Shown: positions 24,537 to 25,581 of the stretch, in pieces
How the letters are laid out: every line of letters starts with the position of its first letter
How positions within the stretch are numbered: the first letter of the stretch is position 1
Virus record (IMG/VR): IMGVR_UViG_3300032330_000018
Coordinates: 1-25,581 of that record
Reading direction: 5' to 3' (one strand)
DNA: 25,581 nt
Source of the DNA: a virus
Taxonomy: Duplodnaviria > Caudoviricetes
The notes under the pieces: model-generated
What the model saw: the letters and a program-made list of their open reading frames with translations, nothing else
Database searches by the model: none
Told to the model about the DNA's origin: nothing
Translations under genes and position numbers: made by a program

Positions 24537-25581
24537 AGCCTTTGACTCCTAGTTGTTTTGTGGGAAGCCCACATATCATTTAAAGTAACTTCGTTTTGTG
24601 AACCAACCATCAACGGTTTGATTACATTAGGCGCTTTCACTGTAGGTTCTAAGCGCCATGCCACCGCTAACATTCTAAAAGCGTCTGCTGGATGACTGCA
24701 CCAATCGTGTCTTGGTCGATCCCTAAATGCTTTTTTATCCTCGTCATACTCGCGCTGATACTGCCTGAGCGCCTCGATGCCATCTTCGCATTTGATTGCA
24801 TCAAACCAACAACGAGGCAACACCTGCCGCACTGCCTGGATGCCGTCTTGCACACCAAGATCAGGTACGATAGCCATGTTGTTGATGCCCAAGTATTCAG
24901 CCAACTGCTCGATCACTGATTTACCGGCTGCCGCTAGTGTTTTAGCCCGCGCATCGTGCGGTAAGTAGTGCTTGCCATACTTATATGGCTTAGACTTGAT
25001 GACCGCAGCCAGATCGCTGATATTCGCGCCTGACACGCCGTAATATTCCAATATGTGCAGCTCGCCTCGAATGACCTGATACCACCAGATCGCGGTATCG
25101 TCTCTGAAACCGAGGTCCCAGGCACTATGGACCGGTATACTGCTGTCGTATTCTACTTTGGTCACTCTACCCTGTTCGGTAGCCTCACGCATCTCTGTTC
25201 CGTAGTATGCGCCCAAGATCACGGCCTCAAAGCTGCATTCCATCTCTTGCAAATATTGATCCTCGCTCAACTGTGCGCGAGCTGCCGCAAGCTCAGACTC
25301 AGGCAGCAGACCGCTAGTGCTTGCCGGTAGGCGCAGCAAGAACCACTCATCTGGTGACTTGGATGCCGTCTGATATATCTGCCAAAACTGATTCTTGCCC
25401 TTCGGTGTGCCGCCAAACACGCACCAGCCTTGCTTGTCACTTAACGCAGGCCGTAAAATATTTCCCCAGATGCTGGGCTTAAAGTCGCCGTATTCATCCA
25501 AATACAAACCATCAAAGCCCAAGCCACGCATTGCGTCTGCATTGTCTGCGCCAAATAGCTTGATGCGCGAGCCATTGTGCA
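24533..25581 (-). CDS. terL: terminase large subunit (5'-truncated; frame open to window edge)
   Basis: The frame continues upstream as HNGSRIKLFGADNADAMRG. Walker B LYLDE, motif III GTPKG, and RNase H-like nuclease motifs WDLG..DDT, LPHDA and SHPADAFR. Confidence 0.95.
   Translation of the reverse strand, partial: HNGSRIKLFGADNADAMRGLGFDGLYLDEYGDFKPSIWGNILRPALSDKQGWCVFGGTPKGKNQFWQIYQTASKSPDEWFLLRLPASTSGLLPESELAAARAQLSEDQYLQEMECSFEAVILGAYYGTEMREATEQGRVTKVEYDSSIPVHSAWDLGFRDDTAIWWYQVIRGELHILEYYGVSGANISDLAAVIKSKPYKYGKHYLPHDARAKTLAAAGKSVIEQLAEYLGINNMAIVPDLGVQDGIQAVRQVLPRCWFDAIKCEDGIEALRQYQREYDEDKKAFRDRPRHDWCSHPADAFRMLAVAWRLEPTVKAPNVIKPLMVGSQNEVTLNDMWASHKTTRSQRL

Noticed and set aside
21382-25330. 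Numerous short + strand and alternate-frame ORFs over portal and terminase
   Set aside because: They overlap well-supported genes and show no SD or protein-like motifs; they are expected shadows in more GC-rich coding DNA.
25529-25531. ORF-track start of the terminase
   Set aside because: The frame is open to the window edge with conserved residues, and the N-terminal Walker A region is missing, so the true start is outside the window.
1-25581. tRNA/rRNA genes, integrase or IS elements, introns/inteins, alternative genetic code
   Set aside because: Intergenic gaps are too short for these RNA genes and none of the motifs was seen. Genes tile the window under the standard code with TAA, TGA and TAG stops.

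Overview
This window is the late (virion-assembly and lysis) region of a tailed dsDNA phage, almost entirely on the minus strand. Read right to left it encodes: a terminase large subunit (truncated at the right edge); two small genes; a P22-like portal with a long coiled-coil C-terminus; a six-gene block with a Gly-rich fibre/adhesin; scaffold; major capsid; a probable capsid decoration protein; a terminator; a Maf/MptE-like (DUF115) glycosyltransferase-fold plus SAM-methyltransferase fusion; podovirus-type adaptor and nozzle; a GNAT; three or four ejection (DNA-transfer) proteins; a 17-aa-repeat tail fibre with an S74 chaperone; and a membrane-protein-rich lysis cassette ending in a GH108 endolysin. 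No tape-measure, tube or sheath genes are seen, which suggests a podovirus; the host is probably Gram-negative. Two tiny + strand ORFs converge at the left edge. The most notable items are (1) a candidate virion glyco/methyl-modification enzyme bracketed by hairpins inside the capsid module, (2) a T4 holin-T-like GAF protein coupled to an RI-antiholin-like secreted protein, a possible lysis-inhibition pair, and (3) an ejection protein with mirror-ordered repeats, a hydrophobic tip and an S74 autocleaving cap. All family calls come from motif recognition by eye and from memory; no database search was run.
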